Positions 46,935 to 54,977 of a DNA stretch of 64,000 nt are shown one piece after another. Origin of the DNA: Oscillospiraceae bacterium (lineage in GTDB: Bacteria; Bacillota; Clostridia; Oscillospirales; CAG-272); NCBI GenBank assembly GCA_015064085.1, contig SVSX01000004.1, positions 1,528-65,527 of the forward strand, read 5' to 3'. The notes beneath the pieces are model-generated. The model ran no database searches and was not told where the DNA came from. It worked only from the letters and a program-made list of their open reading frames with translations. The position numbers and the translations under genes were made by a program. Within the stretch, counting starts at the first letter, position 1. Each line of letters opens with the position of its first letter.

Positions 46935-47345
46935 TCAGCCTCTGTTTGCGGGATTGTTGCACAGCCATTTACCCTTTGTGTAAATGATATATTTGCAATC
47001 ACCGCAATAGTTCACGGACAAATTACCGTTATTGCATCGGTGACTATAAAGGAATACAGACTTAAAGGACTCGGCTTGTGTCTTTCCGCATTGACTGCAG
47101 ACGTAACAGCTATGCTGCTCTCCAACGGTAATTACAGGTCTGCCCCCGTCATAGCACCAGCCTCCCGCAACCTTGTCAAGGACGTCGTCCGAAAGCTCAC
47201 CGCTATTGGGATGAAGCTGTTCGAAATATTTTTTTGCCTCTTCCTCTGTAAGCTCTAATTCATATTCTTTTGCGAGGGTGATCAACTCCTCCACTGACCT
47301 AGCCTTCTTTGCAAGACCGATCATTTCAGATGTGATTTTTTTCAT
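46935..47345 (-). CDS. Nif11-like double-glycine leader (62 aa) fused to a 74-aa 8-Cys core; RiPP/bacteriocin-precursor-like or Nif11-domain zinc-ribbon protein
   Basis: The leader SVEELITLAKEYELELTEEEAKKYFEQL...ELSDDVLDKVAGG resembles Nif11-type leaders ending in GG. The core begins WCYDGG and carries CYVCSQC ... C-x9-CGDC ... C. GAGG RBS 9 nt upstream. Confidence 0.6.
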   Translation of the reverse strand: MKKITSEMIGLAKKARSVEELITLAKEYELELTEEEAKKYFEQLHPNSGELSDDVLDKVAGGWCYDGGRPVITVGEQHSCYVCSQCGKTQAESFKSVFLYSHRCNNGNLSVNYCGDCKYIIYTKGKWLCNNPANRG

Positions 47346-47393
47346 ATTAGTTACCTCGTTTTATTATATAGAGAAAAGCCCCCTGATACCGAT

Positions 47394-47801
47394 TTAAATT
47401 TTCTTTTTTATAGTGAGTATGTTCTGACCGTCCTTGTACTCGTAGGTGATCTCATCCATAGTTTTCTTTACCATATAGATACCGAGACCTCCTATTTCTC
47501 TATCGTCTGCCGAAAGAGTGACGTCAGGTTCTTTCGCACCAAGAGGATCGTAAGGAACTCCGTTATCTATAAAGGTTATGATGACCGCAAGAGGCTCGGG
47601 ATTTACCTCGACCCTTACGGTCGCCTCTCCGACCTCGGGATCATAGGCATAGTGAGCAATGTTACCAAAAAGCTCGTCGATAGCTATATCTATCTGCATC
47701 TGTGCCTTCAGCGGACACTCAAGGGCTTCAAGCTGCTCGTTCACAAACTCCGTCACAGCCTCAATATTTTCTACCGTTGCGGCAATTGTCAGCTCTTTCA
47801 T
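47394..47801 (-). CDS. RsbW/SpoIIAB-like anti-sigma-type serine kinase (HATPase_c)
   Basis: 135 aa. ELFGNIAHYAY (N-box-like) and DNGVPYDPL...GGLGIYMVKKTMDE (G-boxes). ATGA overlap with the phosphatase gene. Confidence 0.8.
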   Translation of the reverse strand: MKELTIAATVENIEAVTEFVNEQLEALECPLKAQMQIDIAIDELFGNIAHYAYDPEVGEATVRVEVNPEPLAVIITFIDNGVPYDPLGAKEPDVTLSADDREIGGLGIYMVKKTMDEITYEYKDGQNILTIKKKI

Positions 47802-49666
47802 TCGGATACCTCCTCTCGATCGTTATTTTTTCCGTTGAAGCGAAGACAGAGCATCGTTATATCATCAAATTGAGGAGCTCCCAAGACAAAGGCATCCACA
47901 TCGGACTTTACTGCCTCGCAGACAGCCGAGGTGTCGGCATCCGCATTTTTGTTAAGCACCTCAAGCAATCTTTCTTCACCGTAAAGTGAATTATTAAGAT
48001 CTGTAGCCTCGGTAACACCGTCGGTGTACAGATATATTACGTCTCCCTTTTCGAGCTGAAGCTCATTTTTTCGGTAACGTATTCCCTCCATACCTGCGAG
48101 AACAAAACCGGGGCGAGATCTGAGATAGCTGAAGCTTCCGTCGCCGTGCTTTACAAGGGGCGGATTGTGACCTGCGTTTGCGTAGGTTACCTTTCCCGTT
48201 TTGAGATCAAGAAGTCCCATCCAGGCTGTTACAAACATACCGGCGTCATTACCTTCGCAAAGCTTATCGTTGGCAACGGTGAATATCTCCTCAATGCTCA
48301 TTCCCGACTCGGCATAGCTCTTAAGCAGGGTCTTGGAGGTCATCATAAACATTGCCGCGGGAATTCCCTTACCCGAAACGTCGGCTACGAGGAAAGCCAA
48401 GGTATCGTCATCTACAAAATAAAAATCGTAAAAGTCGCCTCCGACCTCCTTTGCGGTATGCATCACGGCATTTATCTCAAATTCGTGTCTGTTTGGGTAC
48501 GGCGGAAATACAGATGGCAGTGCCGAATGCTGTATCGCCTTGGCAAAGGCAAGCTCGGCGTCTATCCTTGCCGCCGCATCCGAAATATAACGCTTAAGTG
48601 TATCTACTGTAGAATTGATGTCATTTGAAAGATCATCAAACTCGGCGTGAGAACGAACGTCTACCACTGTGTCAAGATTTCCGTCGGTGATCGATGACAG
48701 CGAGCTGTTTATCTTATATATATTCTTGACAACAAGTCGGTTCACGAGGAAGAATATCAGAATAAAGAGCGCTGTGAAGATCACTATCTGCATTGCGGTC
48801 GTCACACCGACCGCCACGTTTCTTGAAAGCGCCGCCTCTCTTTGCGGCATTACCGCAACTATCGTGTATCCCTCGCTTGTCTGGTACATACAGTAGCTTG
48901 CTTCGCCGTAAACCTCACAAATAAACCTTTCGTTCGCGGGAGTCGACTCCTTATCTATCCAGATACCCGTAACGTCAAGATTTTTTCCTTCGTTTCCTTG
49001 GCGATCACTGACAATATTCCAATTCTCATCGACAATTATTATCGAGCCGCCCTCGCCAACGTGACGGTTTCTTGTTACGCCCACAACAAATTCGTCAATA
49101 TCACGCTGAAATCTTTCAGCGCCGTAGCCAACCTGGACAAACCCGCCATTCTCAAGTGATACCCCTCCGTATTTTCTCGATATCGAGTTGTCATAGGAAA
49201 CAGGGCGGTAGCTTTGAACGTATTCCTCTTTATCGGAAAGCAACACCAAAAATTCCGCCGACTGTTTCCCGCTATCCATTCTGTAATCCAAAAAATCAGG
49301 ATAGGTACTTGCTCTTATCACTCCGTCGGGATCAATATAATTGATTTCGGTAACGTCATATTTCTCGGCAAGAGCTGAAAGCAGCTCAGAGGAAATGCTG
49401 TCTGCCCCATTGAGATCGTCAGCCACCTGATGTGTAAGCTTCAGAAGATTTTCGTCGGATGCGTCTGTAATATCCTCGCGCACATCGGAAATATTAAGTC
49501 TCAGAAGGCTTATAGCATTGTTGTCTGCAAGCTTTGTCTGAAGCAGCCACAAAAACGCTGTGGTCGCAAGAAAGGCTATCACGACAAGAACGAGTAACCA
49601 ACGCTGGAACGATTGCGATATTTTGCGTTTTTTTCTGTTTTTTTTCATTATCTTATCTTTGATCAT
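47798..49666 (-). CDS. membrane sensor PP2C (SpoIIE/RsbU-type) serine phosphatase with extracytoplasmic domain and HAMP
   Basis: TM1 (WLLVLVVIAFLATTAFLWLL), an extracytoplasmic region of about 230 aa, TM2, a HAMP-like segment (SSITDGNLDTVVDV..DDLSNDINSTV), then PP2C motifs GGDFYDF, VADVSGKG, YTDGVTEA, DDITML. Confidence 0.85.
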   Translation of the reverse strand: MIKDKIMKKNRKKRKISQSFQRWLLVLVVIAFLATTAFLWLLQTKLADNNAISLLRLNISDVREDITDASDENLLKLTHQVADDLNGADSISSELLSALAEKYDVTEINYIDPDGVIRASTYPDFLDYRMDSGKQSAEFLVLLSDKEEYVQSYRPVSYDNSISRKYGGVSLENGGFVQVGYGAERFQRDIDEFVVGVTRNRHVGEGGSIIIVDENWNIVSDRQGNEGKNLDVTGIWIDKESTPANERFICEVYGEASYCMYQTSEGYTIVAVMPQREAALSRNVAVGVTTAMQIVIFTALFILIFFLVNRLVVKNIYKINSSLSSITDGNLDTVVDVRSHAEFDDLSNDINSTVDTLKRYISDAAARIDAELAFAKAIQHSALPSVFPPYPNRHEFEINAVMHTAKEVGGDFYDFYFVDDDTLAFLVADVSGKGIPAAMFMMTSKTLLKSYAESGMSIEEIFTVANDKLCEGNDAGMFVTAWMGLLDLKTGKVTYANAGHNPPLVKHGDGSFSYLRSRPGFVLAGMEGIRYRKNELQLEKGDVIYLYTDGVTEATDLNNSLYGEERLLEVLNKNADADTSAVCEAVKSDVDAFVLGAPQFDDITMLCLRFNGKNNDREEVSE

Positions 49667-49959
49667 TCTATTGTGAGGATGTCAGAAAAGCCCGTAACCT
49701 CAAATATCTCCATAATGGTATCGTTTACGTTACGAACGGTCATTCTACCCTGCTTGTTCATTACCTTTTGCGCCGCAAGGATCACGCGAAGTCCCGCGGA
49801 CGACAGATACTCAAGATTCAAAAAGTCGAACACCAGATATTCAACTCCTTCGATAGAGCGCTTCAGCTCAGCCTCAAGCTGAGGGGCTGTGGTAGTGTCG
49901 AGTCTGCCCTCGATCCTGAGAGTAAGCTCTGTTTCGTTGGTTATTTTTTCGATATTCAT
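49663..49959 (-). CDS. STAS-domain anti-sigma-factor antagonist (RsbV/SpoIIAA-like)
   Basis: 98 aa. LEYLSSAGLRVIL contains the conserved phosphorylatable Ser context (DSSGL-like). ATGA overlap with the phosphatase gene. Confidence 0.85.
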   Translation of the reverse strand: MNIEKITNETELTLRIEGRLDTTTAPQLEAELKRSIEGVEYLVFDFLNLEYLSSAGLRVILAAQKVMNKQGRMTVRNVNDTIMEIFEVTGFSDILTIE

Positions 49960-49989
49960 AATTTATACCTTTCTTATTTTAGGCAAAAA

Positions 49990-50028
49990 AGATCTGCCAT
50001 ACTATTATAATAACAGTATAACAGATCT
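49990..50028 (-). promoter_or_regulatory. 39-bp near-perfect palindrome: terminator of the LuxR gene and/or operator/promoter of the partner-switching operon
   Basis: Minus strand: AGATCTGTTATACTGTTAT-T-ATAATAGTATGGCAGATCT (19-nt arms, 3 mismatches), followed by TTTTT. It contains TATAAT in the centre and lies 30 nt upstream of the STAS ATG. Confidence 0.5.
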
Positions 50029-50116
50029 TTGTATTTTTGTTTATTACCCAAACGGTGTTTTTAAGGTCTTTTTTATAGTAAAAAACATATCCTAAAAGTG
50101 AAAAAAAGATATATTG

Positions 50117-51376
50117 TCACAGTATGTACGCGAACTCATCTCGGCTCATACCCGACTTTTCGCTGGTGGTTCTTATTGCCTGCTTTACTACAGAAAGCGA
50201 CATATGAAGCTTTTCAGCTATTTGCGCGTTACTCATTCCAAAGGCGGCAAGCTTTGCCACGTCTCTTTCCTTTTGCGTAAGCGTCGTTGCTATCTGCCGT
50301 CCTAACACCACGCTGCCGAGCTTAGACCAGCCTGCGTTATATATCCTGCTAAGCGCCTTTACAGCTTGACACACTTCTACATCCACAGCGGAGAGTCTGC
50401 TTTCAAGAAGAGTATCAAGCACACGCCAATATTCGGCAAGAAGTCCGAAGAGTCTATCGGGTATCGCAAGAGCAATAGCACGATCCAGATGCCTTACAGC
50501 GTTCTCCTCATTGCCGCTGAGGCGGTATACAGTAGCGCAGGTCATACGGAGATATATTTCCGATATGATCGAATTATCCGCCTTCGCCTGAGATATCATC
50601 GGCTCAAGGGTAAACGGAACCATCGCCATAAGGGAAAGTCCTTGTACTCCCTCTACTCCCATCTGCTTTGTTGCAACCGCATACGCCGCAGCGTAAAGAT
50701 ATTTAGCGTAATATACCTTTGCGGCAGGCAACGCGTCTTTATGCAACGGCTCAAAATTTCCCATTTTGAACCACTCGGGAAAGTTTGAAACATCATAAAG
50801 CATACTGTCAACAGCTGTAATTGCAAGAGCCATAATATCTCGGTCATTATCATCCTTCGCGGGGGCTTCGGCAATGTGCTGTTTTGCCTGACGCCACATT
50901 ACGAGATCCCCGCGCCAGATGGCGCAAAGCGCCAAAAGCATTCCCGCCGAAATAATAGCATAAAAGCCCGAGTGCTTATGTAAAAGATAGTTTGCGCTGT
51001 TATATACTCTGTCGATATTTCCCCTTGAGTACGACACCTCGGCTTCAAAAAGCACCTGTGCCTCTCGGTTATCTGAAAGTGCCTCGACTGCTTCATCGGC
51101 ACTTCCCGGCACACTGTAGAGATCGCTCATATACAGAAAGGGAGTTTTTCTCGGCAGAGGCTGATTTAAAAGCTCCGGCTTCTTCCCTTCCTTTGTCCTT
51201 CCGTCAACAGGGCGGACCGCGTCCTTCGGTATCATCCAATCACGCCCGAACCTTACAGCGCCGTTTATCCTTCCCGCGGCACAAAGTGCCTGAACTCTGC
51301 GAGGGGTCACCTCCCACCGCTCTGCCGCCGCGTCTATTTTCATATAATTTTTTGAAAGCTCCTGCACATCCTTCAT
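50117..51376 (-). CDS. LuxR-family transcriptional regulator with N-terminal excisionase/MerR-like HTH and central helical-repeat domain
   Basis: The C-terminal LTQKERDVAKLAAFGMSNAQIAEKLHMSLSVVKQAIRT is a LuxR/GerE HTH. The N-terminal ERWEVTPRRVQALCAAGRINGAVRFGRDWMIPKD is HTH_17-like. Start at MKDVQE (51376; alternative 51382). The track start TTG 51487 is the -35 hexamer of the promoter. Confidence 0.8.
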   Translation of the reverse strand: MKDVQELSKNYMKIDAAAERWEVTPRRVQALCAAGRINGAVRFGRDWMIPKDAVRPVDGRTKEGKKPELLNQPLPRKTPFLYMSDLYSVPGSADEAVEALSDNREAQVLFEAEVSYSRGNIDRVYNSANYLLHKHSGFYAIISAGMLLALCAIWRGDLVMWRQAKQHIAEAPAKDDNDRDIMALAITAVDSMLYDVSNFPEWFKMGNFEPLHKDALPAAKVYYAKYLYAAAYAVATKQMGVEGVQGLSLMAMVPFTLEPMISQAKADNSIISEIYLRMTCATVYRLSGNEENAVRHLDRAIALAIPDRLFGLLAEYWRVLDTLLESRLSAVDVEVCQAVKALSRIYNAGWSKLGSVVLGRQIATTLTQKERDVAKLAAFGMSNAQIAEKLHMSLSVVKQAIRTTSEKSGMSRDEFAYIL

Positions 51377-51458
51377 CAGCATCGCTCCTTTTTGTATCGC
51401 AAAATCATTCACCATTATTCGTTTTGCGAACAATAACATTATTCGTCTGGCGTACTTT

Positions 51459-51487
51459 ATTATATAACTTTTTTTTCGAATTGTCAA
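51459..51487 (-). promoter_or_regulatory. consensus sigma-A promoter for the LuxR-family gene
   Basis: Minus strand reads TTGACA (51487..51482), a 17-nt spacer, then TATAAT (51464..51459). AAAGGAG RBS downstream. Confidence 0.65.
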
Positions 51488-51704
51488 GTTTTTTTAAATT
51501 CATTTCCGATCAAACAAAGTACTCATCGCTTTCATCTTCCTAAAAATTGGTGATAATAAATAAAAAACTTCGGTAAACAATAATAACAGAGCACGGCAGA
51601 AAGCAATAACGCCGCAAGCTCAATTTAATATAGATATATTTGAAAAGCGGCGTTGTTGTTTAGATGTAAACACAAATACCGATTTTCAGAATAGGAGATT
51701 TATT

Positions 51705-51905
51705 ATGGCAAGCAACAAGACACTTGTTCCCGAAGCAAAGGAAGCTCTTGAGAAGTTTAAGATGGAAGCTGCAAACGAGGTTGGTGTAAACCTTACTCAG
51801 GGTTACAACGGTGACCTCACAGCACGTCAGGCAGGCAGCATCGGCGGTCAGATGGTTAAAAAGATGATCGAGTCCTACGAGAACTCTATCAAGACAAATA
51901 AGTAA
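51705..51905 (+). CDS. alpha/beta-type small acid-soluble spore protein
   Basis: 66 aa. LVPEAKEALEKFKMEAANEVGV...TARQAGSIGGQMVKKMIE is canonical SASP. AGGAGA RBS. Confidence 0.95.
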   Translation: MASNKTLVPEAKEALEKFKMEAANEVGVNLTQGYNGDLTARQAGSIGGQMVKKMIESYENSIKTNK

Positions 51906-51918
51906 ATTAATTTAAAAA

Positions 51919-51952
51919 GGGGCTGTTTCAAATTCACATTTGAGACAGCCCC
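51919..51952. terminator. bidirectional terminator between SASP and plsC; GCTGTCTCAAAT-family variant
   Basis: GGGGCTGTTTCAAAT-TCAC-ATTTGAGACAGCCCC, preceded by AAAAA. Confidence 0.75.
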
Positions 51953-51962
51953 TATACGATAT

Positions 51963-52694
51963 TTACTTGGTTTCAGCCGTTGCCGTCTGTCTTTCTATCT
52001 CCTCAGCGATCAGCTTTTTCACGTGCTGACAAAGCTCGGGAGCTTTCATACCCTCGTATTCCGAATATTCTATAGGCTTCATATAAATGACCTTTGTTTT
52101 CACCTTCTTGAGTGAGTTGACACCAAACGCCTTGTAGGAATCTATAACTACAACGGGAACAACCGGACATTTTGCCTTTATTGCGCAAATAAAGCAACCG
52201 TATTTGAATTCCTCGATCGAGTTATCGACCTTTTTGCCATATCCACCTTCGGGGAAAACCAGATAATTCTTCCCCTCAGATACCTCCCTTGCCATATCGT
52301 TAATGACTCTTATCTGCTGACGCGGACTGTTCTTCTCTATCCGCTGACCGTCCAGAAGATCAACAAACTGCTTGGCAATAAACATCTGAGAGCGCTTTTT
52401 ATCCATAAGCACCGAGCAGGGCTTTGGGTGTCCCTCAAGAATTCCGAGAGCATCGTATTTTCCCTGATGGTTCGCGAACATAATGTAACCGCTCTTCTCT
52501 GGGATATTTTCCTGCCCGTAGTAGGTTGTGGTTACCCTTGCCGTTCTTCTCACGCGGTCTATAACTCCGAGAGCCAGATCATACCGATCCTGCTCCGAAT
52601 ATTTTTCGGGATGCTTTGCGTAATAGGACATTTTGGGAACGAAATACATTATCGAAAATATTCTCATTATTATGACGTAAAAAAAACGTATCAT
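51963..52694 (-). CDS. plsC: 1-acyl-sn-glycerol-3-phosphate acyltransferase (lysophospholipid acyltransferase)
   Basis: HX4D motif ANHQGKYD and FPEGG motif. 243 aa, with the N-terminal start uncertain. Confidence 0.85.
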   Translation of the reverse strand: MIRFFYVIIMRIFSIMYFVPKMSYYAKHPEKYSEQDRYDLALGVIDRVRRTARVTTTYYGQENIPEKSGYIMFANHQGKYDALGILEGHPKPCSVLMDKKRSQMFIAKQFVDLLDGQRIEKNSPRQQIRVINDMAREVSEGKNYLVFPEGGYGKKVDNSIEEFKYGCFICAIKAKCPVVPVVVIDSYKAFGVNSLKKVKTKVIYMKPIEYSEYEGMKAPELCQHVKKLIAEEIERQTATAETK

Positions 52695-52821
52695 TCTGAC
52701 AAAAACCTCTGACTAACTTCTTTATTATCAATTTTATCACAAAAAACCGACAATAAATTTATAAAGTATTATCAAAAAAGAAAACATTCCATTAACTTTC
52801 TGTTAACGTCACATATTAAGA

Positions 52822-53472
52822 TCATTTTGTCATTTTTTCCTGCTTCACCTTATGGTCTATAACGTGGCGGGAAGCCAATTCTTTTTTGATATCATCAAGG
52901 GATATCCCCATCTCGATCATAAGGACCATAACGTGGTAAACGAGGTCGGATATCTCATATATCGTCTCGGCCTTATCGTCTGCCTTACCTGCGATAATAA
53001 CCTCGGTGCATTCCTCGCCGACCTTCTTGAGTATCTTATCTATTCCCTTTTCAAAGAGGTAGGTGGTATAAGAGCCCTCCTTCTTTTCGATCTTACGCCC
53101 CTCGATAAGCTTCATAAGCGAATCGAGTGTGAAATCGGGCAGAGTATCGCTTTCGAAAAGGTAGCTGTTAAAGCAGGAATCAGCTCCTGTGTGACACGCA
53201 GGACCGTCCTTGCGCACAAGCACCGTGAGCGCGTCCTTATCGCAATCAGCCATTATATTGACTATATGCTGTCTGTTTCCCGACGTTTCGCCCTTTCTCC
53301 AAAGCTCCTGTCTTGAACGAGACCAGAAGCAGGTCATCTCCTCCTTGATGCTTATCTCAAGGCTTTCTCTGTTCATATACGCAAGGGTAAGTACCTTTCT
53401 TGAGTCGCAATCGACTACGATAGCGGGTATCAGACCCTTTTCATCAAATTTAAGCTCGTCTATATTTATCAT
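52822..53472 (-). CDS. hisIE: bifunctional phosphoribosyl-AMP cyclohydrolase / phosphoribosyl-ATP diphosphatase
   Basis: [25 protein letters not shown], and the PRA-PH C-terminal half ([22 protein letters not shown]). Confidence 0.95.
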   Translation of the reverse strand: MINIDELKFDEKGLIPAIVVDCDSRKVLTLAYMNRESLEISIKEEMTCFWSRSRQELWRKGETSGNRQHIVNIMADCDKDALTVLVRKDGPACHTGADSCFNSYLFESDTLPDFTLDSLMKLIEGRKIEKKEGSYTTYLFEKGIDKILKKVGEECTEVIIAGKADDKAETIYEISDLVYHVMVLMIEMGISLDDIKKELASRHVIDHKVKQEKMTK

Positions 53473-53481
53473 TTTTTCTCC

Positions 53482-54240
53482 TCATATTCTCACGTTGATA
53501 TTGTTTTCCTTCAAGGTTTTCTTCAAATCGTTGATCTCTACCTCTCCGAAGTGGAAGATAGATGCGGCAAGTCCCGCGTCCACCTTTGGAAGCGCCTTGA
53601 AAAGCGACACAAAATCCTCCTTTGAGCCTGCTCCTCCCGAGGCTATAACGGGTACGTTCACAACGCTTGTGACCGCTGATAGCATTTCAAGATCGAATCC
53701 TTTTTTAACTCCGTCGGTATCGATGCTGTTGAGCACGATCTCTCCCGCGCCGTTTGCGACTCCGTTCTTTATCCACTCGATAGCGTCGATCCCCGTATCC
53801 TCCCTTCCGCCTTTGGCAAAAACGCGGAACTGTCCTCCGACGCGCTTTGCGTCGACAGAGAGTACGACACACTGATCTCCGTATTTTCTTGCCGCGTCGC
53901 GGATCAGATCGGGATTTTTTATAGCTCCCGAGTTAACGCTGACCTTGTCAGCTCCGCATTTAAGCACCCTGTCAAAATCATCGAGAGTATTTATCCCTCC
54001 GCCGACTGTAAGGGGAATAAAGATCGTTCTCGCAACCTCACAGAGAATGTCTGTAAAGAGCGCCCTTCCCTCAAAGGAGGCTGTTATGTCGTAAAAAACC
54101 AGCTCGTCAGCGCCGTTGTCGCTATAATATCTGGCAAGCTCCACGGGAGAGGAGACGTCGGAAAGTCCTTTGAAATTTACACCCTTTACCACTCTTCCGT
54201 TCTTAACGTCAAGGCAGGGTATTATTCTTTTAGTTACCAT
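53482..54240 (-). CDS. hisF: imidazole glycerol phosphate synthase, cyclase subunit
   Basis: [33 protein letters not shown]. Confidence 0.97.
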   Translation of the reverse strand: MVTKRIIPCLDVKNGRVVKGVNFKGLSDVSSPVELARYYSDNGADELVFYDITASFEGRALFTDILCEVARTIFIPLTVGGGINTLDDFDRVLKCGADKVSVNSGAIKNPDLIRDAARKYGDQCVVLSVDAKRVGGQFRVFAKGGREDTGIDAIEWIKNGVANGAGEIVLNSIDTDGVKKGFDLEMLSAVTSVVNVPVIASGGAGSKEDFVSLFKALPKVDAGLAASIFHFGEVEINDLKKTLKENNINVRI

Positions 54241-54961
54241 TGTCCACCTCCGAAGCCACTCTTATAGCCTCGTCGAGCTTGACGTTGCCCGTGTAGAGTG
54301 CCTTTCCAAGTATTGCGCCGTAAAGCTTCATTTCCGAAAGCTTTCTTACGTCGTCGAGGCTCGAAACGCCTCCCGAGGCAACGATATCCATACTGAACCG
54401 CCTTGAAAGCTCTGCGTAAAGCTCAAGATTTGTTCCGCTGAGAAGTCCGTCCTTTGAGATATCGGTGCATATTACCGTCTTGACTCCAAGCTCCGAAAGC
54501 CTTCCGCAAAATTCAAAGCAACCGAGGGAGGAGGTCTCTCTCCAGCCCTTTATTGCCACTGCCCCGTCCTTTACGTCAACGCCCACAGCGATCTTCTCGC
54601 CGTATTTCTTCACAGCCGCCTCAAGGAACTCGGGATCGGTAACAGCCGCTGTTCCGATTATGACACGCGATGCGCCTATTCCTATGTATTTTTCAACGGT
54701 ATCCATATTTCGGATACCTCCGCCCACCTCAACAAAAAGTGAGGTCGAGTCGATTATCTTCTTTATGGTTTCAAGATTTGTCAGCGTTCCGTCTCTCGCG
54801 CCCTCAAGGTCAACGAGATGGAGATATCTTGCGCCGTCAGCCTCGAAGGAGCGCGCCACCTCGTGAGGCGAGTCGCTATATACTGTGACCTGATCATAGT
54901 CACCCTTAATAAGTCTGACAGCCTTACCGCCGATCAGATCAATGGCAGGAAATAAATTCAT
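54230..54961 (-). CDS. hisA: ProFAR isomerase
   Basis: [35 protein letters not shown]. Start at 54961 with a GGAG RBS; the track start 54988 would overlap hisH. Confidence 0.95.
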   Translation of the reverse strand: MNLFPAIDLIGGKAVRLIKGDYDQVTVYSDSPHEVARSFEADGARYLHLVDLEGARDGTLTNLETIKKIIDSTSLFVEVGGGIRNMDTVEKYIGIGASRVIIGTAAVTDPEFLEAAVKKYGEKIAVGVDVKDGAVAIKGWRETSSLGCFEFCGRLSELGVKTVICTDISKDGLLSGTNLELYAELSRRFSMDIVASGGVSSLDDVRKLSEMKLYGAILGKALYTGNVKLDEAIRVASEVDNGN

Positions 54962-54977
54962 CTTTTTCTCCAAAATA

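Noticed and set aside
51600-51704. Sigma-G type forespore promoter for the SASP gene, plus an AACGCCGC...GCGGCGTT inverted repeat
   Set aside because: - I could not place a GHATR-17/18-CATNNTA pair at a sensible distance.
- The only CAGAATA box would put the transcription start inside the RBS.
- The 8-bp repeat has a 27-nt loop, so it is probably insignificant.
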